Source: Calditrichia bacterium
GTDB lineage: Bacteria > Calditrichota > Calditrichia > JAJRVZ01
Direction: 5' to 3'
Assembly (NCBI GenBank): GCA_963796965.1
Contig: CAWCNS010000016.1
Coordinates: 305,513-369,512 of the forward strand
Length of the DNA stretch: 64,000 bases
The position numbers and the translations under genes were made by a program. Of this stretch, positions 24,023 to 34,740 are shown one piece after another. The first letter of the stretch is position 1, and the number at the start of each line of letters is the position of its first letter. The notes under the pieces are model-generated. The model saw only the letters and a list, made by a program, of their open reading frames with translations, did not search any database and was not told the DNA's origin.

Positions 24023-24824
24023 AGAGCAAATTATAAATATAGTTCTGGTAGGAATGTTGATCCTCCAATCTATTCTCTATGCTCAGAATACTGATTCAAC
24101 CTATTCTGAAGTTGTGGATTCTGCCCAGGTGCAATTATTAGATTCTCTAAACCTGATCATGGCTGATCCGGCTGATACGATAAAGACAAGTCTTTGGCCG
24201 GCCCTGATTCGCTCAGCCATTATCCCGGGATGGGGGCAGATTGAACAGGAGCATCCGGGCCGTGCCGTTGCTTTTTATGGGTTGGGTCTGGCCTGTCTCT
24301 ATAATATTGCCTATCAGTATCACTGGTATAATAAAACAAATGATAACAGTAATATGGTTGGTTTGAGACGATATACGATTATTTATTTAAATGTATGGGC
24401 GCTTAATCTTGCCGACGTTATTATCAGCTATGAAACAGGCAATGATAAACCCTGGCCACAAGATATGTATAGTGATATACCTCTAAAGTCACCCTGGGGA
24501 GCTGTGGCGCGATCGGCGATGCTTCCGGGTTGGGGGCAATGCTATAACGAGTCCTATGCTAAATCAGTCATTGCCTTTGGCGCGTTTTTTTATTTTGCAA
24601 ACCGGATTTATAGTTATGAAAAACAATACAGAGAGACCGACGATATTTCCTACCGGGATAAACGGGTGACCAATACCTGGTATCTCGGTTTTACTTATTT
24701 TCTCATTTTGGTTGACGCTTATATTGATACGTATCTTTATAAATTTGATGAGACAATACAATTTTCCTACCAATATCGACCAATTGAAAAAACATTTACC
24801 CTCGGAGTCAATGTTGTGTTTTAA
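23979..24824 (+). CDS. Membrane protein with two DUF5683-like repeats (true start probably further downstream)
   Basis: RSAIIPGWGQ and RSAMLPGWGQ repeats. Confidence 0.75.
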   Translation: MLNFYRKPLKLLFHKEQIINIVLVGMLILQSILYAQNTDSTYSEVVDSAQVQLLDSLNLIMADPADTIKTSLWPALIRSAIIPGWGQIEQEHPGRAVAFYGLGLACLYNIAYQYHWYNKTNDNSNMVGLRRYTIIYLNVWALNLADVIISYETGNDKPWPQDMYSDIPLKSPWGAVARSAMLPGWGQCYNESYAKSVIAFGAFFYFANRIYSYEKQYRETDDISYRDKRVTNTWYLGFTYFLILVDAYIDTYLYKFDETIQFSYQYRPIEKTFTLGVNVVF

Positions 24825-24828
24825 ACGC

Positions 24829-25221
24829 ATGTCCTATTTACTTATTTTACCATGTTTGATGTTGCACTCATCCTTACAACAACTATCTGCCAGCGAAAAG
24901 CCTGAAACGCTTGATGCTTATGTTAAAAAGTTTGCTGTAGGAGAGAAGAAAAAAAGTTCTGATACGTGGTTCTCGCCTGATAAAGGTTATCATCTGGTTG
25001 GTAGTATGATTGGTACAACATTTTTCGGTCAAATAAGCCAACATGGCTTTAGTTCAAATTCGCAAGAATCCCGGTATATTGGAGCCGGGATAACTTTCTC
25101 TTTGGGATTGGCTAAAGAAATTTATGATTGCGGAAAGCCAAATAATATTTTTTCATGGAAGGATCTCACTGCAAATTGTGTTGGAATTATGATAGGTATT
25201 GTTCTATTAGGGGTTCATTGA
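24829..25221 (+). CDS. YfiM/DUF2279-like membrane protein
   Basis: DTWFSPDKGYH, GLAKEIYD, FSWKDLTAN. Confidence 0.7.
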   Translation: MSYLLILPCLMLHSSLQQLSASEKPETLDAYVKKFAVGEKKKSSDTWFSPDKGYHLVGSMIGTTFFGQISQHGFSSNSQESRYIGAGITFSLGLAKEIYDCGKPNNIFSWKDLTANCVGIMIGIVLLGVH

Positions 25222-25222
25222 C

Positions 25223-26269
25223 GTGCATGATCTATTACATGAATATGTTGGCGTTATTCACATACACTCAACCTACAGTGATGGGATGCGTCCAATTCCG
25301 GAAATCGCTCAAATTGCAAGCGAAGTAAGCCTCGATTTTTTAATGTTTACGGATCATAATACTTTGCAGCCTAAACGTGATGGTATGGAAGGTTGGTATA
25401 ATGGCGTCTTGATCTCAACAGGATATGAAATCAATGATGCTGATGATCTTAACCACTATTTAACATTTGGACTTGATCGTGAACTTCCCCAAAATCTAAA
25501 ACCTGCTGAGTATGTAAAAGAGGTCGATAAGCAGGGAGGTTTTGGAATTATTGCACATCCTGATGAGAAGCGAAGCGCTATAAAAGAGTTCCCCCCTTAT
25601 CCCTGGACCGTCTGGGATTCAGATAAATTTCATGGTATTGAAGTTTGGAATCAAATGTCAGAATGGATGGAGGGTCTGACGCATTTTAATAAATATTGGC
25701 GTATTCTCCATCCACGCCGCTCCATACTTGGCCCTATGCCGGAAACACTTGAAAAATGGGATATTGTAAACCAGCGAAGAAAAGTGTTGGGGATTGGAGG
25801 CGTAGATGCCCATGGTCATAAATATAAATTATGGGGTCTCTTTCAAATTACGGTATTCCGATATAAGGTGCTCTTTAAGACCATTCGTATCCACATCCTT
25901 ACTGATAAAGCTTTTGCCGGAGAAGGCGATCACGAGATGGATATACAGAATCTCTATCAAAGTCTCCGTGACTGTCGATGTTTCATTTCCAATTATTATT
26001 GTGGTGATGCAAAAGGTTTTCGATTCCAGGCTGAAAATAAAAGAGAAAAAGTGGAAATTGGAGGCCAATTAAAATTTGATAAATATACCCACTTACATGT
26101 AAATTTGCCACAGACCGCAGTGGTACACCTGATAAAGAATGGCCAAAAAATTTCTGTACAAAAAGGTGATTCACTGGTATTTGAAATAAACGGGCCAGGT
26201 TCCTATCGGGTTGAAGCTTATTACTTCGAACGACCCTGGATATTCTCCAATCATATTAGCATAATCTAA
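25223..26269 (+). CDS. PHP-domain metallohydrolase
   Basis: HIHSTYSDG, TDHN, AHP, GIEVWN, GGVDAH. Confidence 0.85.
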   Translation: MHDLLHEYVGVIHIHSTYSDGMRPIPEIAQIASEVSLDFLMFTDHNTLQPKRDGMEGWYNGVLISTGYEINDADDLNHYLTFGLDRELPQNLKPAEYVKEVDKQGGFGIIAHPDEKRSAIKEFPPYPWTVWDSDKFHGIEVWNQMSEWMEGLTHFNKYWRILHPRRSILGPMPETLEKWDIVNQRRKVLGIGGVDAHGHKYKLWGLFQITVFRYKVLFKTIRIHILTDKAFAGEGDHEMDIQNLYQSLRDCRCFISNYYCGDAKGFRFQAENKREKVEIGGQLKFDKYTHLHVNLPQTAVVHLIKNGQKISVQKGDSLVFEINGPGSYRVEAYYFERPWIFSNHISII

Positions 26270-26288
26270 CAATATTGGTAGACTAATT

Positions 26289-27692
26289 ATGTATATAGAT
26301 GATGATCAGCCCAAAGAATTTTGTGGTATTGTTGGTGTATATGGTACTCCCGAGGCTTCTATACTATCTTACCTGAGTTTATACTCTCTACAGCATCGTG
26401 GACAGGAAAGCGCCGGAATAGCCTCTAGCGACGGAGAGCAAATCTATAAACATCTTGGGATGGGGCTTGTCTCAGATGTGTTTAATGAACAAATCCTGAA
26501 TGAACTTCCCGGACATCTGGCTATTGGTCATAACCGCTACTCTACTACCGGTTCTTCCAATGTGCAGAATATTGGACCGATAGTAGTGAACCATCGGCTT
26601 GGAACAATTGGTGTCGCCCACAATGGGAATTTGGTTAATTCATTTACTCTACGAGAAAAATTAGAAAAAAGAGGATCCATTTTTCAAACGACGACCGACA
26701 GTGAGGTGATCCTCCATCTTGTCGCAAAGTCTAAAGAAGAAACGATCGAAGCTAAAATTCTTGATGCTGTCAGGCGTATAAAGGGTGCATTCTCTTTAGT
26801 TTTCCTTACCCGGGATAAAGTTATAGCTGTACGTGATCCGCATGGGTTCAGGCCACTCGCCATTGGAAAAAAGGGAGATGCATATATTTTTGCCAGTGAA
26901 ACCTCAGCCTTTGATCTGATCGGCGCTGAATATGTTCGTGATGTTAAATGTGCAGAGATGCTGGTTGTTGATGGGCAGGGATTGCGGTCATATGAGATAC
27001 AGAAGAAAATAAAACCAACCCATTGTGTGTTTGAGTTTATTTATTTCTCGCGTCCTGATAGTCAAATATTTAACGAATATGTTGATAAAACAAGACGAAA
27101 GTTGGGTAAAAACCTGGCAATAGAAAATCCCTGCGATGCAGATATCGTAATAAGTGTTCCTGATAGCAGCAATACGGCCGCGCTAGGGTATGCCGCGAGA
27201 AGTGATGCAAAATTTGAGATTGGTTTGATTCGAAATCACTATGTAGGAAGAACTTTTATCCATCCAAAACAGAAATTGCGGGATATGAATGTTCGTATAA
27301 AATTCAATACTGTGGGCGGTGTGATAAAAGACAGAAGAATAATCATTGTTGATGATTCAATTGTTAGGGGTACGACGCTTCGGGCATTGGTCAAGCGTTT
27401 AAGAGATGCAGGAGCGAAAGAAGTTCATGTACGTGTAAGTTCCCCTCCCATTATTTACCCTTGTTTTTATGGTATGGATTTTCCTACGAAGGAGGAACTT
27501 ATTGCAAGTCAGAAGGAGGTCGAAGAGACGGCTGCATACCTGGGTGCCGATTCCCTCCGCTATCTCTCCTTAGAAGCGATGCTGAACGCCATGCCTAAAG
27601 ACAATGGACAGGCCTATTGCACAGCGTGCTTTAGTGGAAAGTATCCTATTCAGATTGAAGAAAAGCAATTTAAAGAGCGTAATGAGGGCTGA
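26289..27692 (+). CDS. purF: Amidophosphoribosyltransferase
   Basis: Propeptide then CGIVG, LQHRGQESAG, HNRYSTTG, VDDSIVRGTT, PCFYGMD, YCTACF. Confidence 0.97.
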   Translation: MYIDDDQPKEFCGIVGVYGTPEASILSYLSLYSLQHRGQESAGIASSDGEQIYKHLGMGLVSDVFNEQILNELPGHLAIGHNRYSTTGSSNVQNIGPIVVNHRLGTIGVAHNGNLVNSFTLREKLEKRGSIFQTTTDSEVILHLVAKSKEETIEAKILDAVRRIKGAFSLVFLTRDKVIAVRDPHGFRPLAIGKKGDAYIFASETSAFDLIGAEYVRDVKCAEMLVVDGQGLRSYEIQKKIKPTHCVFEFIYFSRPDSQIFNEYVDKTRRKLGKNLAIENPCDADIVISVPDSSNTAALGYAARSDAKFEIGLIRNHYVGRTFIHPKQKLRDMNVRIKFNTVGGVIKDRRIIIVDDSIVRGTTLRALVKRLRDAGAKEVHVRVSSPPIIYPCFYGMDFPTKEELIASQKEVEETAAYLGADSLRYLSLEAMLNAMPKDNGQAYCTACFSGKYPIQIEEKQFKERNEG

Positions 27693-28638
27693 AAAGAATA
27701 ACAGTTGGCTTTCCCGCCTGGATTATATTTTCCTCCTAAGACCCATGCTGTTTTTTCCTGGCTGGTCAACTATGCTGGCAGGTTATTTTATATCCACAAA
27801 AGATTACCTGATACCAATTCCTGGCCAAGATGTCGGCTATCTGACTATCTTCCTGTTGATCTCTGGTTTTGCCATGCTCATGGGCAGCGCCTTTGTACTT
27901 AATCAATTAAGAGATATTGAAAGCGATAAAAAAAATAATAAATTATTTATTATATCAGATGGAATTGTATCACCCTCTTCCGCCAGGAAAGAAGTCTTTA
28001 TTCTTACGGTGCTATCAATAATCATAGGATTTTATCTTAATTATTTTGTAGGTATCCTATTTATCTTATTTTTTGTTATAACGGGCATATTATATAATTA
28101 TAAGCCTGCTTCCATGAAAGATCGACCCTGGGGATCTCTAATTGCCAATGCTTTAATGGGGTGGCTGGCATTTAGTATTGGCTGGTCGGTGAACTTTGAA
28201 CCAGGAATGCCGCTGATCATCGACTCGCTCCCTTATTTTTGCTTTAACACAGCTCTATATTTATTTACGCTTTTGCCTGATGTGAAGGGTGATAGGGTGG
28301 CAGGCAAGAAAACATTAGCAGTCGTACATGGAACAAAGAAGGTGATTCTCTGGGCATCCCTTCTATATGCTATTGGTCTGATAATTACAATTGCTGTTGT
28401 TGATTACCAGGCTCTTTTATTCTATCTGCTTTCGTTGCCATTTTTCGTGAAGAGTATCGCCACACGCCAGGTTCCTGATGCAATCAGAACCACAAAGTTT
28501 GGTATATTATTCTTTGCCCTGAGCATATGTTTACGCTGGCCCTATTATCTCGGGTTAATGGTTGCGGGATTTTTTATAACAAAATGGTATTTTAAGCATA
28601 GATTCGATTTTGAATATCCCAATTTTGCAGGGAAATAA
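27682..28638 (+). CDS. UbiA-superfamily intramembrane prenyltransferase
   Basis: LLRP, Asp-rich NQLRDIESDKKN and LPDVKGDRVAGKKT, multiple TM helices; ATG overlaps purF end. Confidence 0.85.
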   Translation: MRAEKNNSWLSRLDYIFLLRPMLFFPGWSTMLAGYFISTKDYLIPIPGQDVGYLTIFLLISGFAMLMGSAFVLNQLRDIESDKKNNKLFIISDGIVSPSSARKEVFILTVLSIIIGFYLNYFVGILFILFFVITGILYNYKPASMKDRPWGSLIANALMGWLAFSIGWSVNFEPGMPLIIDSLPYFCFNTALYLFTLLPDVKGDRVAGKKTLAVVHGTKKVILWASLLYAIGLIITIAVVDYQALLFYLLSLPFFVKSIATRQVPDAIRTTKFGILFFALSICLRWPYYLGLMVAGFFITKWYFKHRFDFEYPNFAGK

Positions 28639-28642
28639 TTAT

Positions 28643-29098
28643 TGGGAGAGAAGGGCGAAGACGTGGAGCGTGGAGAGTTGAGCGAAAAGTGAAAAGAGAA
28701 GACAGAAAACGTGGAGCGTGGAGAGTAGAGCGTGCAGGGGCAGACCGCGTCGAAGATCCCGTTATACGGGGAGTCTGTCCTGGATAGTGTTATCATGAAT
28801 ATGAATGCGACCGAAAAAATATATAAACGTCAAAGACGTCAAAGAAGGCACGAAGTACACAAAGAACTATTTCTTATTTAAATCTTCATCATCTTAGTGC
28901 CTTCTTTGCGAACTTTGTGGTAGTCTTTTTAAATTTGACCCCTTAAAACGGGGCGCTCAGAATATTTAATTATAAATAATTCGTGAAATATGTTAAAATT
29001 AGTGGCATTCGTGGATAAAAGTATTCATTATTAATGCAGAACCAAGTATCCAGAATCGAGCATCGAGAATCGAGAATCAAGTATCGAGAATCAAGAAT
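28643..29098. repeat. Stack of short intergenic repeats
   Basis: GTGGAGC/AGAG heptamers plus AGGGGCAGACCGC; CACGAAG/CACAAAG..CTTTGTG arms; ATTCGTG..AAATTAGTG unit; (GAATCGA)n array. Confidence 0.7.
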
Positions 29099-29278
29099 AT
29101 GATTAAATTATATGAAAATACCTGCGATTTTTGCGGTACTTGTGTCGGTGTCTGCCCGGAAAATTGCATAGAATTGGAAGAAACCAGACTTACGGTAGAT
29201 CACGATTTATGCACCCTCTGTAATAAATGTGTATGGATCTGTCCCGTGGAAGCTCTTTATAAAGAAAATGTAACATGA
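29099..29278 (+). CDS. 2x[4Fe-4S] ferredoxin, 59 aa (absent from the ORF track)
   Basis: MIKLYENTCDFCGTCVGVCPENCIE..DLCTLCNKCVWICPVEAL..; two CxxCxxCxxxCP motifs; ATGA overlap with next gene. Confidence 0.92.
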   Translation: MIKLYENTCDFCGTCVGVCPENCIELEETRLTVDHDLCTLCNKCVWICPVEALYKENVT

Positions 29279-30471
29279 AAATAGATGAATGCTATGATGT
29301 AATCGTTGTTGGTGCTGGTCCTGCCGGAAGCCTGGCTGCTTATACGGCTGCAAAGGAAGGTGTATCAGTACTCTTGCTGGAAAAGGACAGGGAAATTGGC
29401 ACACCGGTAAGATGTGCTGAAGCGGTGGGAAAAGACAGCCTTGATAATCTGCTTGATCAGGGCATTGATCCCAAATGGTTGGCAGCTACGATAAAAAAGT
29501 TCAGATTTGTTGCCCCCGACGGTTCAATCGTTTACCCGCAGGTGCCGATGACCGGCTATGTGTTAAATCGGAAGATTTTTGATTATGATTTGGCTCGTTA
29601 TGCTGCTGAGGCAGGAGCGGTCGTTAGAACAAGAGCTTATGTCTCTGCTCTCTTGTGGGAAAATGATGCGATTGCTGGTGTAAAATGCCTGTTAGGTAAA
29701 GAAGAAAAGTACATAAAATCAAAAATAGTTATTGGGGCAGATGGGGTTGAATCAAGAGTGGCACGTTGGGCAAATATTGATACAACGACGGCAATGCGTG
29801 ATATGGAAACATGCTCTCAGATGACCCTGGCGAATTTGTCCATCGATGATGATACATGTGCTTTCTACTTTTCGCAGAAAAAATTCCCGGGAGGATATGC
29901 CTGGGTCTTTCCTAAAGGCAATGGTACTGCAAATGTCGGATTGGGAATTTCAGGAAATAATGCCCGCCAAAAATCAGCAGATTCCCTGCTCGCGTCATTT
30001 GTGGCGGAAACATTTCCTGCTGCATCTGTATTAAATAAAACCGTGGGTGGCGTGCCTTGTGCAGATCGCCCGAAAAAGATTTCTGCACCTGGTTTGCTCC
30101 TGGCCGGGGATGCCGCCATGCAAACTAATCCGGTTTCCGGAGGTGGAATCGCTACGGGAATGACGGCTGGAAAAATAGCGGGAAGGATTGCAGCCAAGGC
30201 CATTAAATCTAATGACGTTTCTTTATCTTTTTTTGAAACCTATGAAAAAGAGTGGGACAAAGCCTGTGGAAATATCCAAAAACGTTATTACCGGTTAAAG
30301 GAAGGAATTAGTAAACTCACCGATGAGCAATTGAATAGAACGGCCGCTACCTTGAAAGACGTCCCTCTGGAAAAACAAACACTAGTAAAGATTTTTCAGA
30401 CAGCATTAATCAAACAACCGGCATTACTTGTAGATGTTCTAAAGACACTAAGTCCGTTTTCCAAACGATAA
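29275..30471 (+). CDS. Geranylgeranyl reductase family (archaeal DGGGPL-reductase-like) flavoprotein
   Basis: GAGPAG, PVRCAE, RKIFD, GADGVES, PGGYAWVFPKG, ANVGLG, GDAA..NPVSGGGI. Confidence 0.9.
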   Translation: MKIDECYDVIVVGAGPAGSLAAYTAAKEGVSVLLLEKDREIGTPVRCAEAVGKDSLDNLLDQGIDPKWLAATIKKFRFVAPDGSIVYPQVPMTGYVLNRKIFDYDLARYAAEAGAVVRTRAYVSALLWENDAIAGVKCLLGKEEKYIKSKIVIGADGVESRVARWANIDTTTAMRDMETCSQMTLANLSIDDDTCAFYFSQKKFPGGYAWVFPKGNGTANVGLGISGNNARQKSADSLLASFVAETFPAASVLNKTVGGVPCADRPKKISAPGLLLAGDAAMQTNPVSGGGIATGMTAGKIAGRIAAKAIKSNDVSLSFFETYEKEWDKACGNIQKRYYRLKEGISKLTDEQLNRTAATLKDVPLEKQTLVKIFQTALIKQPALLVDVLKTLSPFSKR

Positions 30472-30507
30472 AAGGACTTAGATTTTAGGACAATTAAAAA
30501 GCATTTA

Positions 30508-30765
30508 CCTCGAAGTTCACGAAGGAATAATATAAGAAACGCCAAATGTCAAAATCGAAATGCCAAATCAATTATTAATGTCCAATGATAATTATTTGCT
30601 TTTATAGTTAAGCATTTGATTTTGGACATTCATTTGACATTCGGGCTTGGGCATTAGACATTTCGCCTTTTATCCTGTATTTGTTGAATCTTCGTGACCT
30701 TCGTGTTAGGTATTTAAATAAATGATTCGTGAAATTAGTCAAAATTTGTGTAATTCTTGGTCAGA
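30508..30765. repeat. Nested palindromic heptamer element
   Basis: CGAAG/CACGAAG..CTTCGTG outer arms around AAATG(T/C)C..GACATT arrays, then an ATTCGTGAAATTAG unit. Confidence 0.6.
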
Positions 30766-30816
30766 GTTTTATAATTGATTAGTCTTTTTGTATTTGAAAA
30801 AGGAGAGGAATAGTAC

Positions 30817-31737
30817 TTGGTAAAGTTTTTTAATCGAATTCAATCTAGTCTAAAAAAAACACGTGAAGGTGTTTTTGGAAAATTAAACAGAATTTTCACA
30901 GCCAAACGAAATATTGATGATGATCTACTCGATGAAATTGAGGAAATTCTAATCGCTGGTGATGTTGGTGTTGATACGTCTCTGGATATTATAGATAAAA
31001 TAAAAGAACGTGTGCGTGCGGAAAAGTATGAAACCAGCGATGAACTGGAGTATCTGATCCGAGATGAAATCTCCGGTATTCTTCTTCCACCTGAGGTACC
31101 TGAGGAAAAGAATCAACAAGGATTACAGGTTGTACTTGTGGTCGGGGTGAATGGTACTGGTAAAACCACTTCGATTGCTAAATTAGCAAAGTTTTATATG
31201 AACCAGAACAAAAAGGTACTTTTAGCCGCTGCTGACACCTTTCGTGCTGCGGCAATTAATCAGTTGAGTATTTGGGCAGAAAGGGTAGGTTGCGATATTA
31301 TCAAACATCAGGATGGTGCTGATCCATCGGCTGTTGTGTTTGACGCGGTTAATGCCGCCCAGGCCAGAGATGTAGACTTCCTCATAATTGATACGGCCGG
31401 CCGACTACACACTAAATCAAATCTTATGGCAGAATTAAGTAAAATATCACGTGTTGTTCAAAAGAAAATTCCTGAAGCACCTCACCAGATAATCCTTGTC
31501 CTTGATGCCAGTACAGGGCAAAATGCCATCAATCAAGCGAAGGAGTTTAAGCAATCTGCCCAGGTTAATTCAATATTTTTAACCAAATTAGATGGTACGG
31601 CAAAGGGTGGGGTTGTCCTGGCTATAAATAAAGAATTACAGATACCCGTGAAATATATTGGCACCGGAGAACAGTTAGATGATATGGATGTGTTTGATGC
31701 AAATTCATTTGTGGAAGGATTATTTCTAAGAGAATGA
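30817..31737 (+). CDS. ftsY: SRP receptor FtsY
   Basis: GVNGTGKTT, DTFRAAA, DTAGRL, TKLDGTAKGG. Confidence 0.97.
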   Translation: MVKFFNRIQSSLKKTREGVFGKLNRIFTAKRNIDDDLLDEIEEILIAGDVGVDTSLDIIDKIKERVRAEKYETSDELEYLIRDEISGILLPPEVPEEKNQQGLQVVLVVGVNGTGKTTSIAKLAKFYMNQNKKVLLAAADTFRAAAINQLSIWAERVGCDIIKHQDGADPSAVVFDAVNAAQARDVDFLIIDTAGRLHTKSNLMAELSKISRVVQKKIPEAPHQIILVLDASTGQNAINQAKEFKQSAQVNSIFLTKLDGTAKGGVVLAINKELQIPVKYIGTGEQLDDMDVFDANSFVEGLFLRE

Positions 31738-33035
31738 AGAAAGTTCATATGACATCGCTGGGATGTTCTAAAAATCTTGTCGATACGGAAGTGCTCCGCG
31801 GTCAGCTTAAATATAGAAACTTTACCTTTACAAAAAGACCTGAAGATGCAGATCTTATTATTTTGAATACTTGCGGATTTATCAATGATGCTAAATCAGA
31901 GTCAATTCAGGCAATATTTGAAGCTGTAAAATTGAAGGAGAGCGACCAGAAAAAGCAAATCTATGTAACAGGGTGTTTATCTGAAAGGTATAAGTCATCA
32001 TTAACTGAAGAAATTCCTGAAGTTGATGCGATTTTCGGAACCGAGGATTATGCCAGCATTCTGGCCAACCTTGGTGAAGAAAAGTTTCATGCTGAAGAAA
32101 TGTATCAGTTACGTGATTTAACAACCCCACAACATATGGCTTATATCAAGATTAGCGAAGGCTGCAATCATACCTGTTCATTTTGTGCCATACCGGGAAT
32201 CCGTGGAAAACATCGGAGTCGCTCGATAGAGGATATTTTGTCTGAAGCGAGAATTCTGGCGGAGAAAGGAGTAAAAGAACTTATTCTTGTCTCGCAGGAT
32301 ACTTCCTACTACGGTAAGGATATTTATCAAAAATTCGAAATCGTAGAATTGCTTCGAAGACTTGCCCGCGAAGATATGTTTACATGGATCCGCCCTTTAT
32401 ATTGGTACCCCACAAATTTTCCCATGGATTTTATACATTTGATGAACGAACATCCATCTATCATACCTTATCTTGATATGCCTGTCCAACATGCTAGCGA
32501 TAATGTGCTTCAATTAATGCGTCGTGCTGAAAGAAATGATAAATTACATGCTTTGTATTCTAAAATCAGGGAAATCAGATCTGACATCATTCTGAGGACA
32601 ACGGTTATCGTTGGTCATCCAGGCGAAACGGAGGAAGATTTTGAGATATTAAAGCAATTTATTTTAAAAAATCGTTTCGATAGGATTGGTTCTTTCATAT
32701 ATTCAGACGAAGAAGGTACTACGTCATATACATTAGATGAGAAGGTTAGTCCAGAAACAGCCCGAAATCGGCAATCTGAACTGATGATGCTGCAAAGTGA
32801 AATATCACTTGAAAATAATCAAAAACTTGAGAATTCTGTTCAAATTGTTTTAATTGACAGTTATAATAAGGATGAAAAGTATTATCTTGGCCGAACTTAT
32901 CGCGATGCACCAGAGATTGATAATGAGGTTATAATCAGAGATGAAAAAGAAAACGAAAAACTTATTGGTACTTTCCAAAACGTGCTAATTACCGACAGTT
33001 CGGAGTATGAACTTTATGGCACGTTTAACGTTTGA
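31734..33035 (+). CDS. rimO: Ribosomal protein S12 methylthiotransferase
   Basis: SLGCSKNLVDTE, NTCGFI, EGCNHTCSFC, YLDMPVQH, DAPEID (TRAM). Confidence 0.93.
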   Translation: MKKVHMTSLGCSKNLVDTEVLRGQLKYRNFTFTKRPEDADLIILNTCGFINDAKSESIQAIFEAVKLKESDQKKQIYVTGCLSERYKSSLTEEIPEVDAIFGTEDYASILANLGEEKFHAEEMYQLRDLTTPQHMAYIKISEGCNHTCSFCAIPGIRGKHRSRSIEDILSEARILAEKGVKELILVSQDTSYYGKDIYQKFEIVELLRRLAREDMFTWIRPLYWYPTNFPMDFIHLMNEHPSIIPYLDMPVQHASDNVLQLMRRAERNDKLHALYSKIREIRSDIILRTTVIVGHPGETEEDFEILKQFILKNRFDRIGSFIYSDEEGTTSYTLDEKVSPETARNRQSELMMLQSEISLENNQKLENSVQIVLIDSYNKDEKYYLGRTYRDAPEIDNEVIIRDEKENEKLIGTFQNVLITDSSEYELYGTFNV

Positions 33036-33057
33036 TAATATGAATAGAACAGGAACT

Positions 33058-34350
33058 ATGAAAATGAAAAAAGTACTATACGATGGTCTCCTTTTCCTAC
33101 TTGTATTGGCTAATTCATCTTTTGGCCAATTTTATGAGGAGAGTCGGTTAAGTGGTGCCGGCAATCCTTATTTCTCTATCGAACTGTTCCGAACGGTCTC
33201 CGATGATATGAAATCAGGCCAGATTTATATCTACAGCAATATTGTGAATGATGATTTAACCTTTATTAAACATGATAGTCTTGATGTTTACTACTCTAAA
33301 TTCGAGTGGGAAGTTGCCATTATGGATGAAGATGAGGAGCAAACATTGGGCTCGGATAATGTAGTAAAAGAGGTTATGGAATCCGACTATAAAGAGACAA
33401 ATAACAGAGAGAAGAAGATATTTCTATCTACCAATTTTGATATCCCGGCCGGAGAATATATTGTTTTCGTGGAAATGCGTGATCTTATTACCAAGAAAAC
33501 CGTCTCTCGAAAAGTAGAAATTGAAATGTTTGATTTTGAGAACAATCAAATGGATATGAGCGATATTCTTTTTGTTGATGAAGCAAGTTCTGATTCACTT
33601 GGTAATCCAACTCGATTTACACCACGTGTAGAAGATAATTTTTCACGTGAATCCCCCTATATTTATATCTATAATGAGGTTTATACTAAAGAAGTACCAG
33701 CAACCGTCTCAATCCGGTATCAACTGTTAAATAATGATGAAGATGTTGAGTTAGATACGCTTGTTTTTAGAGAGTTGGATAAACCGCTTACCTCTCATGT
33801 AATAAAGTTAGATAAACAATCCCTTTCAAGGAGTTATTATCGATGTGTTGTGCAGGCAAAAAGAGGGGGAGATCATGTAGAGCGGTTCCGGGGTTTGACA
33901 TTCTATTGGATAAGTGTTCCTGAAACTCATGAAGATCTTGCCGAGGCCTTAAGACAAATGCGATATATACTTGATGGTGATTCTCTGGATTTTTATGAAG
34001 AAGCACCTCTCGAAGAACAAAAGGCATTTTTTGCTCGTTTTTGGGCGGCACGCGATCCGAATCCGGATTCAGAAACGAATGAACTTTTGGTAGAATATTT
34101 CACACGCGTTAATTTTGCTAACCGGGAGTTCTCAAATTATTCAAATGATGGGTGGCTCTCCGACAGAGGCAGGATTCTGGTCAAGTTTGGATTCCCGGAT
34201 GATGTTGAAAGGCATCCTTTTGAGATGGATTCGGTACCTTATGTGATATGGCGATATTATGGATTGAGAAAGGTCTTTTTGTTTGTGGATAGAAGCGGGT
34301 TTGGCGATTACCGTTTGCCCCCTGAATATCAGAGTGAGGAATATCGGTAA
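33058..34350 (+). CDS. GWxTD-domain exported protein
   Basis: Signal peptide; FWAARDPNP, GWLSDRGRI..FGFPD. Confidence 0.88.
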   Translation: MKMKKVLYDGLLFLLVLANSSFGQFYEESRLSGAGNPYFSIELFRTVSDDMKSGQIYIYSNIVNDDLTFIKHDSLDVYYSKFEWEVAIMDEDEEQTLGSDNVVKEVMESDYKETNNREKKIFLSTNFDIPAGEYIVFVEMRDLITKKTVSRKVEIEMFDFENNQMDMSDILFVDEASSDSLGNPTRFTPRVEDNFSRESPYIYIYNEVYTKEVPATVSIRYQLLNNDEDVELDTLVFRELDKPLTSHVIKLDKQSLSRSYYRCVVQAKRGGDHVERFRGLTFYWISVPETHEDLAEALRQMRYILDGDSLDFYEEAPLEEQKAFFARFWAARDPNPDSETNELLVEYFTRVNFANREFSNYSNDGWLSDRGRILVKFGFPDDVERHPFEMDSVPYVIWRYYGLRKVFLFVDRSGFGDYRLPPEYQSEEYR

Positions 34351-34666
34351 AGATCAATTTTCAATAGTCAATAAACAATAATCAATATTCAAATTCAGTC
34401 GATGAAGTGATTGTTTTTTAATTTGTGAATTATTCTGTCCACGAATTTGATAATGTAATTGTCATTGCGGTCTGCCCCTACACTCTCTACTCTCCACCCT
34501 CTACGCACCGCACTCTTCTCTCTTCCCACACCTCTCCACCCTACATCAAAAACTTGAATATTGACTATTGTTTATTGCATACGATTATTATCCGGCCTTG
34601 CCTATTTTATGACATCTTCGTATATTTTACTGCTCCACCTATTAGGAAACGGTGGTATTGGTATCT

Positions 34667-34740
<74 letters not shown>

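Noticed and set aside
28643..29098. CRISPR array
   Set aside because: Units are degenerate 7-9-mers without unique equal-length spacers; no cas genes
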